DNA of 64,000 nt from Escherichia coli (GCF_013315695.1 NZ_CP054354.1); one strand, 5' to 3'. Counted from the first letter of the stretch, positions 1 through 9,770 are shown. Translations and numbers: made by a program. Notes: generated from the letters alone by a model not told the origin.

Positions 1-1032
1 GTGGCAGGTCTGAAGAATACTTCATATAACGCAGTACACTGGAGTCAGTTAGCACCCGAAGAGCAGATCCGTTTCTGGGAAGACTATGAAGCGGGAAGGG
101 CGACCACTTTCCTGGTTGAACCGGAAAGGAAGCGCACGAAGCGCCGTCGCGGTGAGCACTCCACCAAACCCAAATGCGAAAATCCGTCCTGGTATCGTCC
201 TGAGCGCTATAAAGCGCTGAAAGGGCAGCTCGGGCACGCCTATAACCGTCTGGTGAAAAAGGACCCGGTGACCGGCGAGCAGAGCCTGCGCATGCGCATG
301 TCGCGGCATCCTTTTTATGTACAGAAACGGACGTTCGTCGGTCGCAAATACGCTTTCCGGCCGGAAAAACAACGTCTCCTCGATGCCATCTGGCCGGTTC
401 TGGTCAGCTTCAGTGATGCCGGCACACATACCGTGGGGATGAGCGTCACTCGGCTGGCTGAAGAAATCAGCCCGAAAGACAGCGAGGGACATGTTATTCC
501 GGAACTGGAAGTGACGGTCTCCCGTCTTTCCCGTCTGCTGGCCGAACAGGTGCGCTTTGGTGTGCTGGGTGTGTCAGAGGAAACAATGTGGGACCGTGAA
601 CATCGTCAGCGTCTGCCACGTTACGTCTGGATAACACCGGCAGGCTGGCAGATGCTGGGCGTCGACATGGTAAAACTTCACGAACAGCAGCAGAAACGAC
701 TGCGTGAAAGTGAAATCCGCCAGCAGCTCATTCGGGAAGGTGTTCTGCGTGAGGATGAAGATATCTCCGTTCATGCGGCCAGAAAACGCTGGTATCTGCA
801 GCGCAGCCAGGATGCCCTGAAGAAGCGCCGAGAAAAAGCCGCAGCCAGCAAGCGTGCCAACCGCCTGAAGAAATTACCTGTTGACCAGCAGATTTATGAG
901 ATGGCTGAGTATCTCCGGAAGCGTCTGCCGCCGGATGAAGCCTATTTCTGTTCCGATGACCATCTGAAGCGACTGGCCATCAGGGAGTTGCGTCAGCTTG
1001 AACTGACGCTGGCTGCCCCGCCACCGCACTAG
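1..1032 (+). CDS. Plasmid replication initiation protein (RepZ/RepA1-type); ORF begins with GTG at window position 1, so true start may be here or upstream
   Basis: 343-aa basic protein with Lys/Arg-rich C-terminal half; followed 167 bp downstream by a consensus DnaA box, as at IncFII/IncI origins. Family assignment from memory, not alignment. Confidence 0.65.
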   Translation: MAGLKNTSYNAVHWSQLAPEEQIRFWEDYEAGRATTFLVEPERKRTKRRRGEHSTKPKCENPSWYRPERYKALKGQLGHAYNRLVKKDPVTGEQSLRMRMSRHPFYVQKRTFVGRKYAFRPEKQRLLDAIWPVLVSFSDAGTHTVGMSVTRLAEEISPKDSEGHVIPELEVTVSRLSRLLAEQVRFGVLGVSEETMWDREHRQRLPRYVWITPAGWQMLGVDMVKLHEQQQKRLRESEIRQQLIREGVLREDEDISVHAARKRWYLQRSQDALKKRREKAAASKRANRLKKLPVDQQIYEMAEYLRKRLPPDEAYFCSDDHLKRLAIRELRQLELTLAAPPPH

Positions 1033-1198
1033 ACAGCATCATTCCCTCAGCACTGAATCATCGCCAGCCCCTCCGGGGCTTTCGGCGCAGATTCCGCTCA
1101 GCCCAAAATCCTTAGTAGTCACCTTAAATCCCCTCAGAGGGGCATATCTGCCCATAAAACCACGCATCAGTCATCAGAACGTGGCCACGTTGTTTCAG

Positions 1199-1207
1199 TT
1201 ATCCACA
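1199..1207 (+). promoter_or_regulatory. DnaA box TTATCCACA in the putative origin region downstream of rep
   Basis: Exact 9-mer TTATCCACA at 1199-1207; GC-rich hairpins follow (e.g. cccgccc-gaa-gggcggg near 1530-1546). Confidence 0.45.
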
Positions 1208-1939
1208 TAAATCCGCAAACAAAGAACTTTAAGAAGCTGCAAACCTGAAACAGCAAACCTGCAATATATTCTTAACCCCATCATTTAATCCCCTGCGTTG
1301 CTTCGCCGCAGGGAAAGTCTTTATCTCTGAAACCACTGTGAACAAATACAAAGAGGCCTTCGCTTGCAGCGGCCAAGGCCGCGCCGCTCAGAATCTAAAA
1401 GCACCTCCCACGCTGACGCGCGGGCCCCGAACCTCACCGTTCTGAAACCACAACAAAAAGACATCAGGAATAAAAACACCACACAAACGCAGCACCGTGC
1501 CTACCCCTCATAACTGAAAAGCGAGGCCGCCCCCGCCCGAAGGGCGGGAACAACATCGCTTTTAATTATGAATGTTGTAACTATACTCCGTCATCGCTGT
1601 CAGTCTTCTCGCTGGAAGTATTGAGTACACGCTCGTAAGCGGCCCTCACGGCCCGCTAACGCGGAGATACGCCCCGACTTCGGGTAAACCCTCGTCGGGA
1701 CCACTCCGACCGCGCACAGAAGCTCTGTCATGGCTGAAAACGGGTATGGCTTAGCAGGGCTGGGGATGGGTAAGGTGAAATCTATCAATCAGTACCGGCT
1801 TACGCCGGGCTTCGGCGGTTTCACACCTGTGCTACATGTAACCACCGTATGCCGCCTTACATGCGCTGACGCGCATTATTTGCCTTGTTTCGTCTGAAAG
1901 TAATCACTATGATTAAATATGATTAACAACTAATCGGAT

Positions 1940-2224
1940 ATGCAAATGAAAAACAATACCGCACAGGCAACAAAAGTCATTACCGCGCATGTGCCATTAC
2001 CTATGGCTGATAAAGTCGACCAGATGGCCGCCAGGCTGGAACGCTCCCGGGGCTGGGTTATCAAACAGGCGCTTTCTGCATGGCTTGCCCAGGAGGAGGA
2101 GCGTAATCGCCTGACGCTGGAAGCCCTGGACGATGTGACATCCGGACAGGTTATCGACCATCAGGCTGTACAGGCCTGGGCGGACAGCCTCAGTACTGAC
2201 AATCCGTTACCGGTGCCACGCTGA
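1940..2224 (+). CDS. Type II antitoxin, ribbon-helix-helix (RelB/ParD/CopG-like)
   Basis: 94-aa ORF whose stop overlaps the toxin start (TGATG at 2222-2226); small acidic protein upstream of a RelE/ParE-like toxin. Confidence 0.75.
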   Translation: MQMKNNTAQATKVITAHVPLPMADKVDQMAARLERSRGWVIKQALSAWLAQEEERNRLTLEALDDVTSGQVIDHQAVQAWADSLSTDNPLPVPR

Positions 2225-2499
2225 TGGAACTGAAGTGGACCAGTAAGGCGCTTTCTGATTTGGCGCGGTTATATGATTTTCTGGTGCTGGCCAGTAAACC
2301 TGCGGCCGCCAGAACGGTGCAATCCCTGACACAGGCACCGGTCATTCTGTTAACTCATCCACGTATGGGAGAACAGTTGTTTCAGTTTGAACCCAGGGAG
2401 GTCAGACGGATTTTTGCTGGCGAGTACGAAATCCGTTACGAACTTAATGGCCAGACTATTTATGTATTGCGCCTGTGGCACACACGAGAAAACAGGTAG
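2224..2499 (+). CDS. Type II toxin, RelE/ParE family
   Basis: 91 aa, MELKWT...YEIRYELNGQTIYVLRLWHTRE, typical RelE/ParE length and C-terminal motif; translationally coupled to the upstream antitoxin. Confidence 0.8.
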   Translation: MELKWTSKALSDLARLYDFLVLASKPAAARTVQSLTQAPVILLTHPRMGEQLFQFEPREVRRIFAGEYEIRYELNGQTIYVLRLWHTRENR

Positions 2500-2604
2500 A
2501 TTGTGTGTGGGGACAACTTAACATAGCCTGCAGATATTAATTCTGGAATATTATTATCAGGCCAGATATTTTTCATTCCATTAAATAATCTTGTAGGAGA
2601 TAAA

Positions 2605-2886
2605 ATGAATTACGATGAAATAACAAAAATTACCGCTGAACGTATTAGCGACTACATGACCGAAGCAGTTAATACAGACTCTATAGCCGTTGCGGAAATG
2701 TTTCATAACGCTGCCTGGGGAGTGCGAACATTGTGGTTTGAACTCGTCACAAAAATAGATATAGATATACATAAAAAGAACAGGTATGCGAGTTATGATC
2801 TTAGAAGGAAAATCGAAATGCAGCATGAAGAGTTTCAGAAAATGACAGAGCGCGAGCAAGTGCCTTTATTGAAATCGCCAGAATAA
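2605..2886 (+). CDS. Hypothetical protein (93 aa), low-GC
   Basis: ATG preceded by RBS taggagataaa; AT-rich codon usage unlike the flanking backbone. Confidence 0.5.
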   Translation: MNYDEITKITAERISDYMTEAVNTDSIAVAEMFHNAAWGVRTLWFELVTKIDIDIHKKNRYASYDLRRKIEMQHEEFQKMTEREQVPLLKSPE

Positions 2887-3076
2887 TAGAAACAGTACAA
2901 GTACATTGCTGTATTGTGTTTTCCTTGAATATTGAATCGCGGTGCCCATGTACTACGATTCCTTTCGTGTTGTTTATCATTGCACACTTTCCCTGACTGA
3001 GCGTAAACACTGACTACTTTCCCCTCAAACTCCTGGACGGCGAATGCAAAATTGGTCTGTTCCAGCATAGAATATG

Positions 3077-3346
3077 TTACTTTTTCATGACCGAACCCGA
3101 AATTTTGCGCGTCAATAAGAGACGTTGTGTAAACTCAGTCCTTTTATCTGGCAGGTTAACCCCTATCAATCTTAGGATGAAACCACGCCATCCTCTGTTT
3201 GCCTGGTTATTAATTTCATAAAGACGATTGTTTTCCTCTCGTAGTTTTGTCCACTCTAAACAAAGTGTTATATCATCCAGTTCTGTGATGTGTTTCACTT
3301 TTCCATTGACAGTTACAGTGTTTATTCCATTTCCTGTGATCATCAT
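3077..3346 (-). CDS. Hypothetical protein (89 aa), last gene of a minus-strand three-gene unit
   Basis: Start overlaps the stop of the upstream ORF (3343-3346); low GC. Confidence 0.4.
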   Translation of the reverse strand: MMITGNGINTVTVNGKVKHITELDDITLCLEWTKLREENNRLYEINNQANRGWRGFILRLIGVNLPDKRTEFTQRLLLTRKISGSVMKK

Positions 3347-3819
3347 CTTATGCCTTTTTTATCTTCATTTGGGACCGTGCTTTTCTTCGGAGTATCACTA
3401 TTCGTTAACTGCTGTTTATCAATAAAATTCCTGATGTTATCAAGTGCTTCCTTTGTTTTTAGAATGCGCTTGATATCCATTTCATCCCGCCCGGTCATTC
3501 TTTTTCCGGACAAAAGACGTTCAAGAAGCTCCTGTTTCGCATCAGGAGAATCTTTGGCGAGATCCATCAGGTTAAGCAAATCTTCACGATCGAGAGGAAA
3601 GAAGTATTTTACAAAATACTCGAAAAGCGAAAGAAAGTAGTATGCTGTCCATGCAATACCGAAACCGATTCCTATACAGAAATGCAGGTATATAATCAGG
3701 AGAATAGGTAAAATCCATAATACTATAGCTAAAAAAATATATACGGGGTACTGGCATCTGTATGCCCGTTCATGTTTATCCAGGATGAATAAAATCTTCT
3801 CCGCTTCTGAATCACACAT
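3343..3819 (-). CDS. Hypothetical membrane protein (~158 aa from ATG at 3819; ORF track extends to GTG at 3858)
   Basis: Two long hydrophobic segments (YPVYIFLAIVLWILPILLIIYLHFCIGIGFGIAWTAYYFL); GGGAAGAG SD-like sequence before the ATG at 3819. Confidence 0.45.
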   Translation of the reverse strand: MCDSEAEKILFILDKHERAYRCQYPVYIFLAIVLWILPILLIIYLHFCIGIGFGIAWTAYYFLSLFEYFVKYFFPLDREDLLNLMDLAKDSPDAKQELLERLLSGKRMTGRDEMDIKRILKTKEALDNIRNFIDKQQLTNSDTPKKSTVPNEDKKGIR

Positions 3820-3874
3820 AACATTCTCTTCCCATTTTTTCTGATACGTAATGTCCACCTGTTATCAGGAGTGT

Positions 3875-4477
3875 TTATTGCCCAGAAATATTCTCCTGCT
3901 GTGCCTGCATCCTGAGCCACTTTTGTTCTAATGTCGCCAGTCTGCGACCGGCACTCTGTGCTTCAGAGTCTGAGACCTGCCCTTTGGGGTGACCATCCAG
4001 GCCATAACGTGGGACGCCGGCGACAGCTGTCCGCTGCAGATATACGCGGCGGGATGTGATGCAGGACACTGCACAGAGCCATTCGTCCATGGTCAGTTCT
4101 GTCTCCGGGTGTTCTGCCAGAAATGCCGAAATATCATTGTTTATGCCAATTTTCAGGGGAATAAATCCACCACCTTCAGCACGAAGATGAGGAAACAGGG
4201 CCTTTATTTTTTCCACGCACTCGTGAGTATACTCACGGGTCCAGTGGGAGGGACGTGGAAAACGGTGTCTTTTCTTTTTCTTCTTCCTGGCTGGCGCTTC
4301 GGGGATATGTGTTTCGACGGCAGATGAATTTATTCCGGCGGGGGCTGATTCTGCCGTCTGTTCAGTAAATACAGGTGCGATAATATCTGTTTTTTCGGAT
4401 AAGGACGGTGGCGAAAAAGTACGACGTTTTTTCACCACAATGACGGGAGTTTTCCTTTCTTCCTGATTTTTTCCCAT
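3875..4477 (-). CDS. FinO/ProQ-domain RNA-binding protein
   Basis: 200 aa; Lys/Arg-rich N-terminal region (ARKKKKKRHRFPR) and a C-terminal segment (IPLKIGINNDI...ITSRRVYLQRTAVAGVPRYGLDGHPKGQV) that aligns by eye with the FinO C-terminal domain; GAGG RBS. Confidence 0.65.
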   Translation of the reverse strand: MGKNQEERKTPVIVVKKRRTFSPPSLSEKTDIIAPVFTEQTAESAPAGINSSAVETHIPEAPARKKKKKRHRFPRPSHWTREYTHECVEKIKALFPHLRAEGGGFIPLKIGINNDISAFLAEHPETELTMDEWLCAVSCITSRRVYLQRTAVAGVPRYGLDGHPKGQVSDSEAQSAGRRLATLEQKWLRMQAQQENISGQ

Positions 4478-4830
4478 AAATACCTCGGCTGGCTGGTTTT
4501 ACTCTTTAATAATATCACAATTCATAAATTAGTAAATTTCCCATCAGGTGATTTTTCATGGCTAATAAGTCCGTTCTCTGAGTATTTATACTCGAGGTAG
4601 TAACAGTTATGGCGTGACAGTCGAATTGATATTCTACTGAACCCTGACAGAAACATGGTTGATATATTCTCTCACTTTAATGTTGTCATGATATAAATAA
4701 AAACAATTCATTTGAAAGGATATCAGAAGAAGATATCGGGGCGCACAGTTCATCTCTGCCTTTGTTTCATGGGGTGTTCTTTGTATATTTTACTTACTGT
4801 TTAAGCATGTACATAAGGAGTGCTTTCATT

Positions 4831-6177
4831 ATGCCAATGATACTTGTAAAGAAGAATCCCCGGGGCAAAGTGATTCGGGAGCTTAGCAGTGAGGAAGAGA
4901 CTGCAGTAAAGACGGTCTGTGGACTGAAAAAGCCAGCAACCATGGCACTACATAACCTGGCCAATGATATTCTCCGGGAAATGCGTGAGTATGATGCATG
5001 GTTACAGTGTGACTGTATTCCGGGAGATTCGCCGGCCATGAATTTTGCTGCTCTTAAAAACAATACGGGTACTCTTTATCTGTCCAGTTTTAATCATGAG
5101 CATGCACCTGAATGCCCCATGTATCGTCAGTTATCCGGAAATGAAGAGGAAACATCTTCCGGAGCAAGCCGGCATCCCGTTAGCACCCGTATAAATTACA
5201 GAAACTTTTTACCACCTGATGACAGTAATTCTGTTATCAAACTGCAGGCCCGCTCTGCTTACCATAATGGTGAGAGCTCCTCCGTTCGCAAGAAACGTCC
5301 GCGCCTTGCCCGTTTACTCCTGTCGCTTATTGACGATGCTGGGCTGAATAAACTGGATTCCCTGGCTAATCCCCGTATCCGGACTAATTATCGTGAGTGT
5401 CTTGATGCCATACGGCAGGTTACACTGCAGCAGGAGTATATTCGGGGAAGATCCTTATCTGAAATTATCCATTTCCGGCCTGGAATGTCTGAAAGGTCTC
5501 AGGAGCGGTTAATGGAAACGCTGGAGAATTCAGAACGACACTGGCCTGCCAGAAGAAAACATATGTTCTTTCAGATTTTTATGGCGCAGCACATCTGTCG
5601 TGATGCTGTGGAAATTCACTGGGCGAACGGTAATATTCAGGTCATCAGACCTGTGCGGGGGATCAGTATTAATGGTGAAGCGCAGGGCGGAATACGTCCC
5701 CCTTACTGGGTTATTCTTGCTTTTTGCCGGAGTGCCGATGGCAGAATCATCTGCAGTGAAGGGTATGCTCATGCTCTTTATCAACTGACATGTCCGGTGC
5801 CTGTGGACAGCAAACTGGAACGAAACACGCTCACTGCTCTTCTGAATGTGGCCAGCTGGCTTAAAAGAAAGCCAGGTACGCCGGAATTAAGTCTGGAAAG
5901 GCCCCTGTTTGATACAGAAGTTTATGTTAATGGTGAAAAGAAATATGTCCTGCCGGATTTCATTGTCACTGCAAGGGCTCCTGACGGAAAGACGGCCAGA
6001 GTGGTCATCGAAACGATGGGATATGAAGACAGTGATTACTGCGCGAGAAAATCCAGGCAGCATACCGGCATGAAGCAGATTGGTGTTCTGCATACCGATC
6101 CACCGAAATGGCTGGATAACGATCATCCCCCTTTTGAGAAACATATGTACGGTGTTTTTATGCATCTCAGGTACTGA
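4831..6177 (+). CDS. Hypothetical protein (~449 aa) with a Cys/His cluster and a degenerate PD-(D/E)xK-like C-terminal motif
   Basis: ORF track 4762-6177; ATG at 4831 follows AAGGAG (4814-4819). CDCIPGD...HEHAPECP cluster; C-terminal YVLPDFIV...VVIETMGY resembles a TnsA/PD-(D/E)xK core but lacks the Lys. Confidence 0.6.
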   Translation: MPMILVKKNPRGKVIRELSSEEETAVKTVCGLKKPATMALHNLANDILREMREYDAWLQCDCIPGDSPAMNFAALKNNTGTLYLSSFNHEHAPECPMYRQLSGNEEETSSGASRHPVSTRINYRNFLPPDDSNSVIKLQARSAYHNGESSSVRKKRPRLARLLLSLIDDAGLNKLDSLANPRIRTNYRECLDAIRQVTLQQEYIRGRSLSEIIHFRPGMSERSQERLMETLENSERHWPARRKHMFFQIFMAQHICRDAVEIHWANGNIQVIRPVRGISINGEAQGGIRPPYWVILAFCRSADGRIICSEGYAHALYQLTCPVPVDSKLERNTLTALLNVASWLKRKPGTPELSLERPLFDTEVYVNGEKKYVLPDFIVTARAPDGKTARVVIETMGYEDSDYCARKSRQHTGMKQIGVLHTDPPKWLDNDHPPFEKHMYGVFMHLRY

Positions 6178-6204
6178 GATATTTTGTGGCTCAGTTCTGT
6201 AACT

Positions 6205-6250
6205 TTTCCCGTAACATTGTCTGTTGTTACGGGAAAGTCCGGTTTTTGTA
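6205..6250 (+). terminator. Putative rho-independent terminator after the 449-aa gene
   Basis: 12-bp stem tttcccgtaaca / tgttacgggaaa (6205-6236) followed by ggttttt. Confidence 0.4.
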
Positions 6251-6622
6251 TTGCACCAGAGAATACTCAGACTGTGATGCTGCCACAGCGTCAGCAGGCT
6301 TTCTGAACGGTGTAACATTACTTCATGTTAATGATAATCACTATCATTAAATCTTGACATGCCATTTTCTCCTTAATAAATTAATACTGTATATGTATCC
6401 ATATACGTAAGCAGTTAATTCATTTGTTTTCCTCAGAGGATGAAGGAGATACCGAATGTCTGACCCTGTACGGGGTTCAGTGAGTTAGCTGGCCTGGATG
6501 TAACCACTCGTTCAACTCAATTCTCTTAGCGTGGGAAAATTTCCCTTTTCCAAGCGGACCCCTATTAATATTTGTTTTGTTTTAGGTTCTATTCAACATA
6601 GGTCATCCTAAAATACATTGAA

Positions 6623-6654
6623 GATAACAAGATAACAAGATAACAAGATAACAA
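6623..6654. repeat. Iteron array: 4 tandem copies of GATAACAA plus inverted copies, downstream of the partition operon
   Basis: gataacaa x4 at 6623-6654, then ggtgttatcttgttatc inverted copies to ~6690. Confidence 0.55.
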
Positions 6655-6679
6655 GGTGTTATCTTGTTATCTCAAGGTG

Positions 6680-6982
6680 TTATCTTTGTTTTACTTCTGC
6701 TATCAATCGTGATACCTCTGTTTTTGATAGTGTTTTAAGTGCTTCTACCGCCGCCCTGACAACATCAGAACGATTCACTCTGCCTTTACCTGAAACCATC
6801 TCAGCCGTTATAAGGGCATCAATGTCTTTTAGGTTTTCTTCAAAAAAAGAAATACTCACTGGTTTTGCTTTGCTTACAACCGATGATTTATCTGATGACT
6901 TTTTGGTATTATCAAGGCCAGCCGTGCCACCGTTAATAAATGCTGCCTCGTCACGAGGTGAAGTGTTTGCTCTATTTCTCAC
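6680..6982 (-). CDS. Partition centromere-binding protein, ParG-like (predicted ribbon-helix-helix C-terminus)
   Basis: 100 aa; GTG start overlapping the ParA stop (GTGA); C-terminal GRVNRSDVVRAAVEALKTL fits a strand-helix-helix pattern; sits immediately after a small ParA. Confidence 0.55.
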   Translation of the reverse strand: MRNRANTSPRDEAAFINGGTAGLDNTKKSSDKSSVVSKAKPVSISFFEENLKDIDALITAEMVSGKGRVNRSDVVRAAVEALKTLSKTEVSRLIAEVKQR

Positions 6983-7605
6983 AGAATAACCTCTTTCACT
7001 AACGCTTCGATTTCTTGCTGGGCTTTATCATTTTGCGTTTCAAAAATTGTCATTGATTCGGCCCAAGCATCTCGATGTGCTTTACGATCACATACCCGGG
7101 AGTTTGCCAGATGCATTTCAGGGTAATCCTTAAGTACTTCAGCTGCCTCATTGGCTTCATTAACAAACATATTTGTGGGCGTCATGTTTAAAACGAGATA
7201 TCCCCGAACATCCTCATTAAAATCTTTTGCTGCTGTAAAAACGGAGCATGTATGAGGCACAACATCCAGGTCCATCTGAGATGGGCGCAAAGGAGAAATG
7301 AATACATCTGCGGCCATCAATCCACTACGCATTTCTGCGCTATCACGGCCAGCACAGTCTGCAATAACAAAATCATAGGATTTTTCGTGTTCCTTTAACA
7401 TGGCTTTGATGTTACCTGTCGCGCCTGTAACCGGAATATGAGGGAGATCTTCAGGGCGATTGTTGTACCAGGTTAATACTGATTTCTGGTCATCTGCGTC
7501 GACAATAATCACTCTATTGCCTAGTGACATCAGATACGCAGCTATAGATACCGCCAGTGTACTTTTACCTACCCCACCCTTTTGACTACCTAATACTATT
7601 ATCAT
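6979..7605 (-). CDS. Partition ATPase, small ParA (type Ib, ParF-like)
   Basis: 208 aa with deviant Walker A KGGVGKST near the N-terminus; GAGG RBS; flanked by iteron arrays. Confidence 0.9.
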   Translation of the reverse strand: MIIVLGSQKGGVGKSTLAVSIAAYLMSLGNRVIIVDADDQKSVLTWYNNRPEDLPHIPVTGATGNIKAMLKEHEKSYDFVIADCAGRDSAEMRSGLMAADVFISPLRPSQMDLDVVPHTCSVFTAAKDFNEDVRGYLVLNMTPTNMFVNEANEAAEVLKDYPEMHLANSRVCDRKAHRDAWAESMTIFETQNDKAQQEIEALVKEVIL

Positions 7606-7731
7606 TATAGCCTCATATTAAGCTGTTAAGTTAACAACTTAATATTGCCATCTGAACGCGAACCATGCAATTATTTTTGTTATGTTAACAACTTAGCAAG
7701 TTGTTAAGTATTTGATTTATAGATTAATTAA

Positions 7732-7795
7732 GATAACAAGATAACAAGATAACAAGATAACAAGATAACAAGATAACAAGATAACAGGATAACAA
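7732..7795. repeat. Iteron array: 8 tandem copies of GATAACAA (one GATAACAG) upstream of parA; likely centromere/operator
   Basis: Perfect 8-bp tandem repeats 7732-7795; additional palindromes (ttaagttaacaactt) at 7620-7710. Confidence 0.6.
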
Positions 7796-7816
7796 TATTA
7801 TGGGTGGATTACATAT

Positions 7817-9088
7817 TCATAACTGGGCTACTGGCAAATCTGTCCATCTGGTGGTATACGCAGGAGAAAGCATTTCCCGTTTCATTTGCCATTCAGGGGC
7901 GGTTCCTCGCCCCGCAAACCACACTTTCCCTTTTCCCGACTGGTTCAGTTCATCGAGTGTTTTCATTAACTTTTCACTGTTTTTACGGGGCTGGATTTCA
8001 TCAAATAATCCCGGCTGCGCTATACCCGATGGTGTGAAATCAGCCAGCATGACACCTGCCTTCATATAGCGGTACCCTTCACGCCAGACATGGTTTAACG
8101 CTCTGCATGCTGCGGCAATAATGTCCCGGCTGTCCTGTGTGGGCAATGGAAGCTTTTCCACAGCGGCATTGCTGTAACAGGGTTCTTTTACTGCAAAGGG
8201 GGATGTCCGTACAAATGTCGTCACCTGCCGGCAATACTGACGCTCCCCACGTAGTTTCTCTGCGGCCCGCTCTGCATACTGAACAACAGCCTGGTGCATG
8301 GCATCTTTGTCTGTGATTCGTTCACCAAAACTGCGACTACAGACAATCTGCTGTTTTGCCGGCGGTGCTTCTTCCAGAGATATGCAGGACTCGCCGTTGA
8401 GTTCGCGTACCGTACGCTCAAGAATGACGCTGAAGTTTTTCCGGATGAATGCCGTGTTAGCCTGCGCCAGCTGCAGTGCTGTGTTAATACCCAGCGCATT
8501 CAGCTTTTCCGTCAGTCTGCGTCCTACTCCCCAGACCTCACCAACTGGCTGCAACCCCAGTAGCTTCAAGATCCGATTACGGTTTTCTGCCGTCAGCGCG
8601 ACCACACCGGAAAACTGTGGCCATTGCTTTGTTGCCCACTGGGCACTTTTAGCCAGCGTTTTTGTAGGCGCAATGCCCACCCCCATGGTGAGTCCTGTCC
8701 AGCTCTTTACCTGTTCCCTGAGCTGATGACCAAAAATCTCCGGAGAGATGCAATGATTTATCCCCCGCAAATCAATGAACATTTCATCAATTGAGTAGGG
8801 CTCAACTGCGGGAGAAAGCGACTCCAGAACAGCCATAACCCGTTGGCTCATGCTGTGGTACAGCGCATAATTGCTGGAAAATACATGTATTTTCTTCTCC
8901 AGGCGCATTTGTCTCACCTGAAACCAGGGCTGCCCCATTCTGATGCCAAGGGCTTTTGCCTCCGGGCTGCGCGCGATCACACAGCCATCGTTATTGCTGA
9001 GTACGATGACCGGTTCGTTGCGAAGGTCCGGGCGGAAAACTTTTTCACATGAGGCGTAGAAACTGTTGATATCAGCCAGTGCAAACAT
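7817..9088 (-). CDS. impB: Error-prone Y-family DNA polymerase subunit, UmuC homologue (ImpB)
   Basis: 423 aa, N-terminus MFALADINSFYASCE...VIVLSNNDGCVIARS typical of UmuC/MucB/ImpB; start overlaps impA stop. Confidence 0.95.
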   Translation of the reverse strand: MFALADINSFYASCEKVFRPDLRNEPVIVLSNNDGCVIARSPEAKALGIRMGQPWFQVRQMRLEKKIHVFSSNYALYHSMSQRVMAVLESLSPAVEPYSIDEMFIDLRGINHCISPEIFGHQLREQVKSWTGLTMGVGIAPTKTLAKSAQWATKQWPQFSGVVALTAENRNRILKLLGLQPVGEVWGVGRRLTEKLNALGINTALQLAQANTAFIRKNFSVILERTVRELNGESCISLEEAPPAKQQIVCSRSFGERITDKDAMHQAVVQYAERAAEKLRGERQYCRQVTTFVRTSPFAVKEPCYSNAAVEKLPLPTQDSRDIIAAACRALNHVWREGYRYMKAGVMLADFTPSGIAQPGLFDEIQPRKNSEKLMKTLDELNQSGKGKVWFAGRGTAPEWQMKREMLSPAYTTRWTDLPVAQL

Positions 9089-9525
9089 CAGCGTAACTCC
9101 CGCGTCCTGTGTATCACGTGAGTGACAACACCAAAAATACAGATGTTTTCCGGATACAGTGTGCGGAACTCCGGGCTGTCTGAAACCGGCTCCAGTGCCG
9201 GGCGTGGGCGCAACAGCAGTCGTTTGACGGTGGACTCACCGTCGATCTCAGCGATAACGATGTCCCCGTGTTGTGGTTTTTCGGCCCTGTCCACTACCAG
9301 CAGATCACCATTCTGCACGCCAGCCTGGTTCATCGATTCACCGCTGGCGCGCAGAAAGAAGGTGGCTGCAGGTCTGCTGATGCAATAGCTGTTCAGATCC
9401 AGTTCCTGCTCAGCATAATCAGTGGCAGGCGAAGGAAAACCGGCCTGGCAACGATCGGCAAACAACGGTCGCACGTAACTGTCATCGCCTGAAGGGTCAG
9501 CCGGACGGTGATAAACGGTACTCAT
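9088..9525 (-). CDS. impA: UmuD homologue (ImpA), LexA-like S24 peptidase
   Basis: 145 aa with the S24 self-cleavage region (GESMNQAGVQNGDLLVVDR) and Lys in VKRL; overlaps impC stop. Confidence 0.9.
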   Translation of the reverse strand: MSTVYHRPADPSGDDSYVRPLFADRCQAGFPSPATDYAEQELDLNSYCISRPAATFFLRASGESMNQAGVQNGDLLVVDRAEKPQHGDIVIAEIDGESTVKRLLLRPRPALEPVSDSPEFRTLYPENICIFGVVTHVIHRTRELR

Positions 9526-9770
9526 GCTGCAGGCAGCCAGCTGTCGTCCTGCCAGATTTCTTCCAGCAGAGACAGGATACGTTCTTTATCCTTGTCGTTG
9601 CGGGCTCCTGTGACAGATACAGACGGGGCGCTGCCCTGGTCTATACGCAGCCAGATTTCCGGGTAGTGTGGTTTCAGACGTTGTTCGATTTCATTCTGTA
9701 GCGCCTGAAGTGTGCCTGATTTGAGGTTTTTTGTGCTCTGGCGGTCGAAAAGAATTTCAATGCGGATCAT
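9522..9770 (-). CDS. impC: ImpC, small first gene of the impCAB operon
   Basis: 82 aa from ATG at 9770 (MIRIEILFDRQ...), GGAG RBS; ORF track extends it to 9941 but upstream codons lack an RBS and overlap the LexA box. Confidence 0.7.
   Translation of the reverse strand: MIRIEILFDRQSTKNLKSGTLQALQNEIEQRLKPHYPEIWLRIDQGSAPSVSVTGARNDKDKERILSLLEEIWQDDSWLPAA

Noticed and set aside
4762-4830. Upstream extension of the 449-aa gene to 4762
   Set aside because: The extension starts at a non-ATG codon without RBS, whereas ATG 4831 follows AAGGAG.
6623-7795. Possible CRISPR array (short exact repeats)
   Set aside because: Units are 8 bp and directly abutting with no spacers; same reasoning excludes the 9-bp trbA repeat. 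No cas genes are present.
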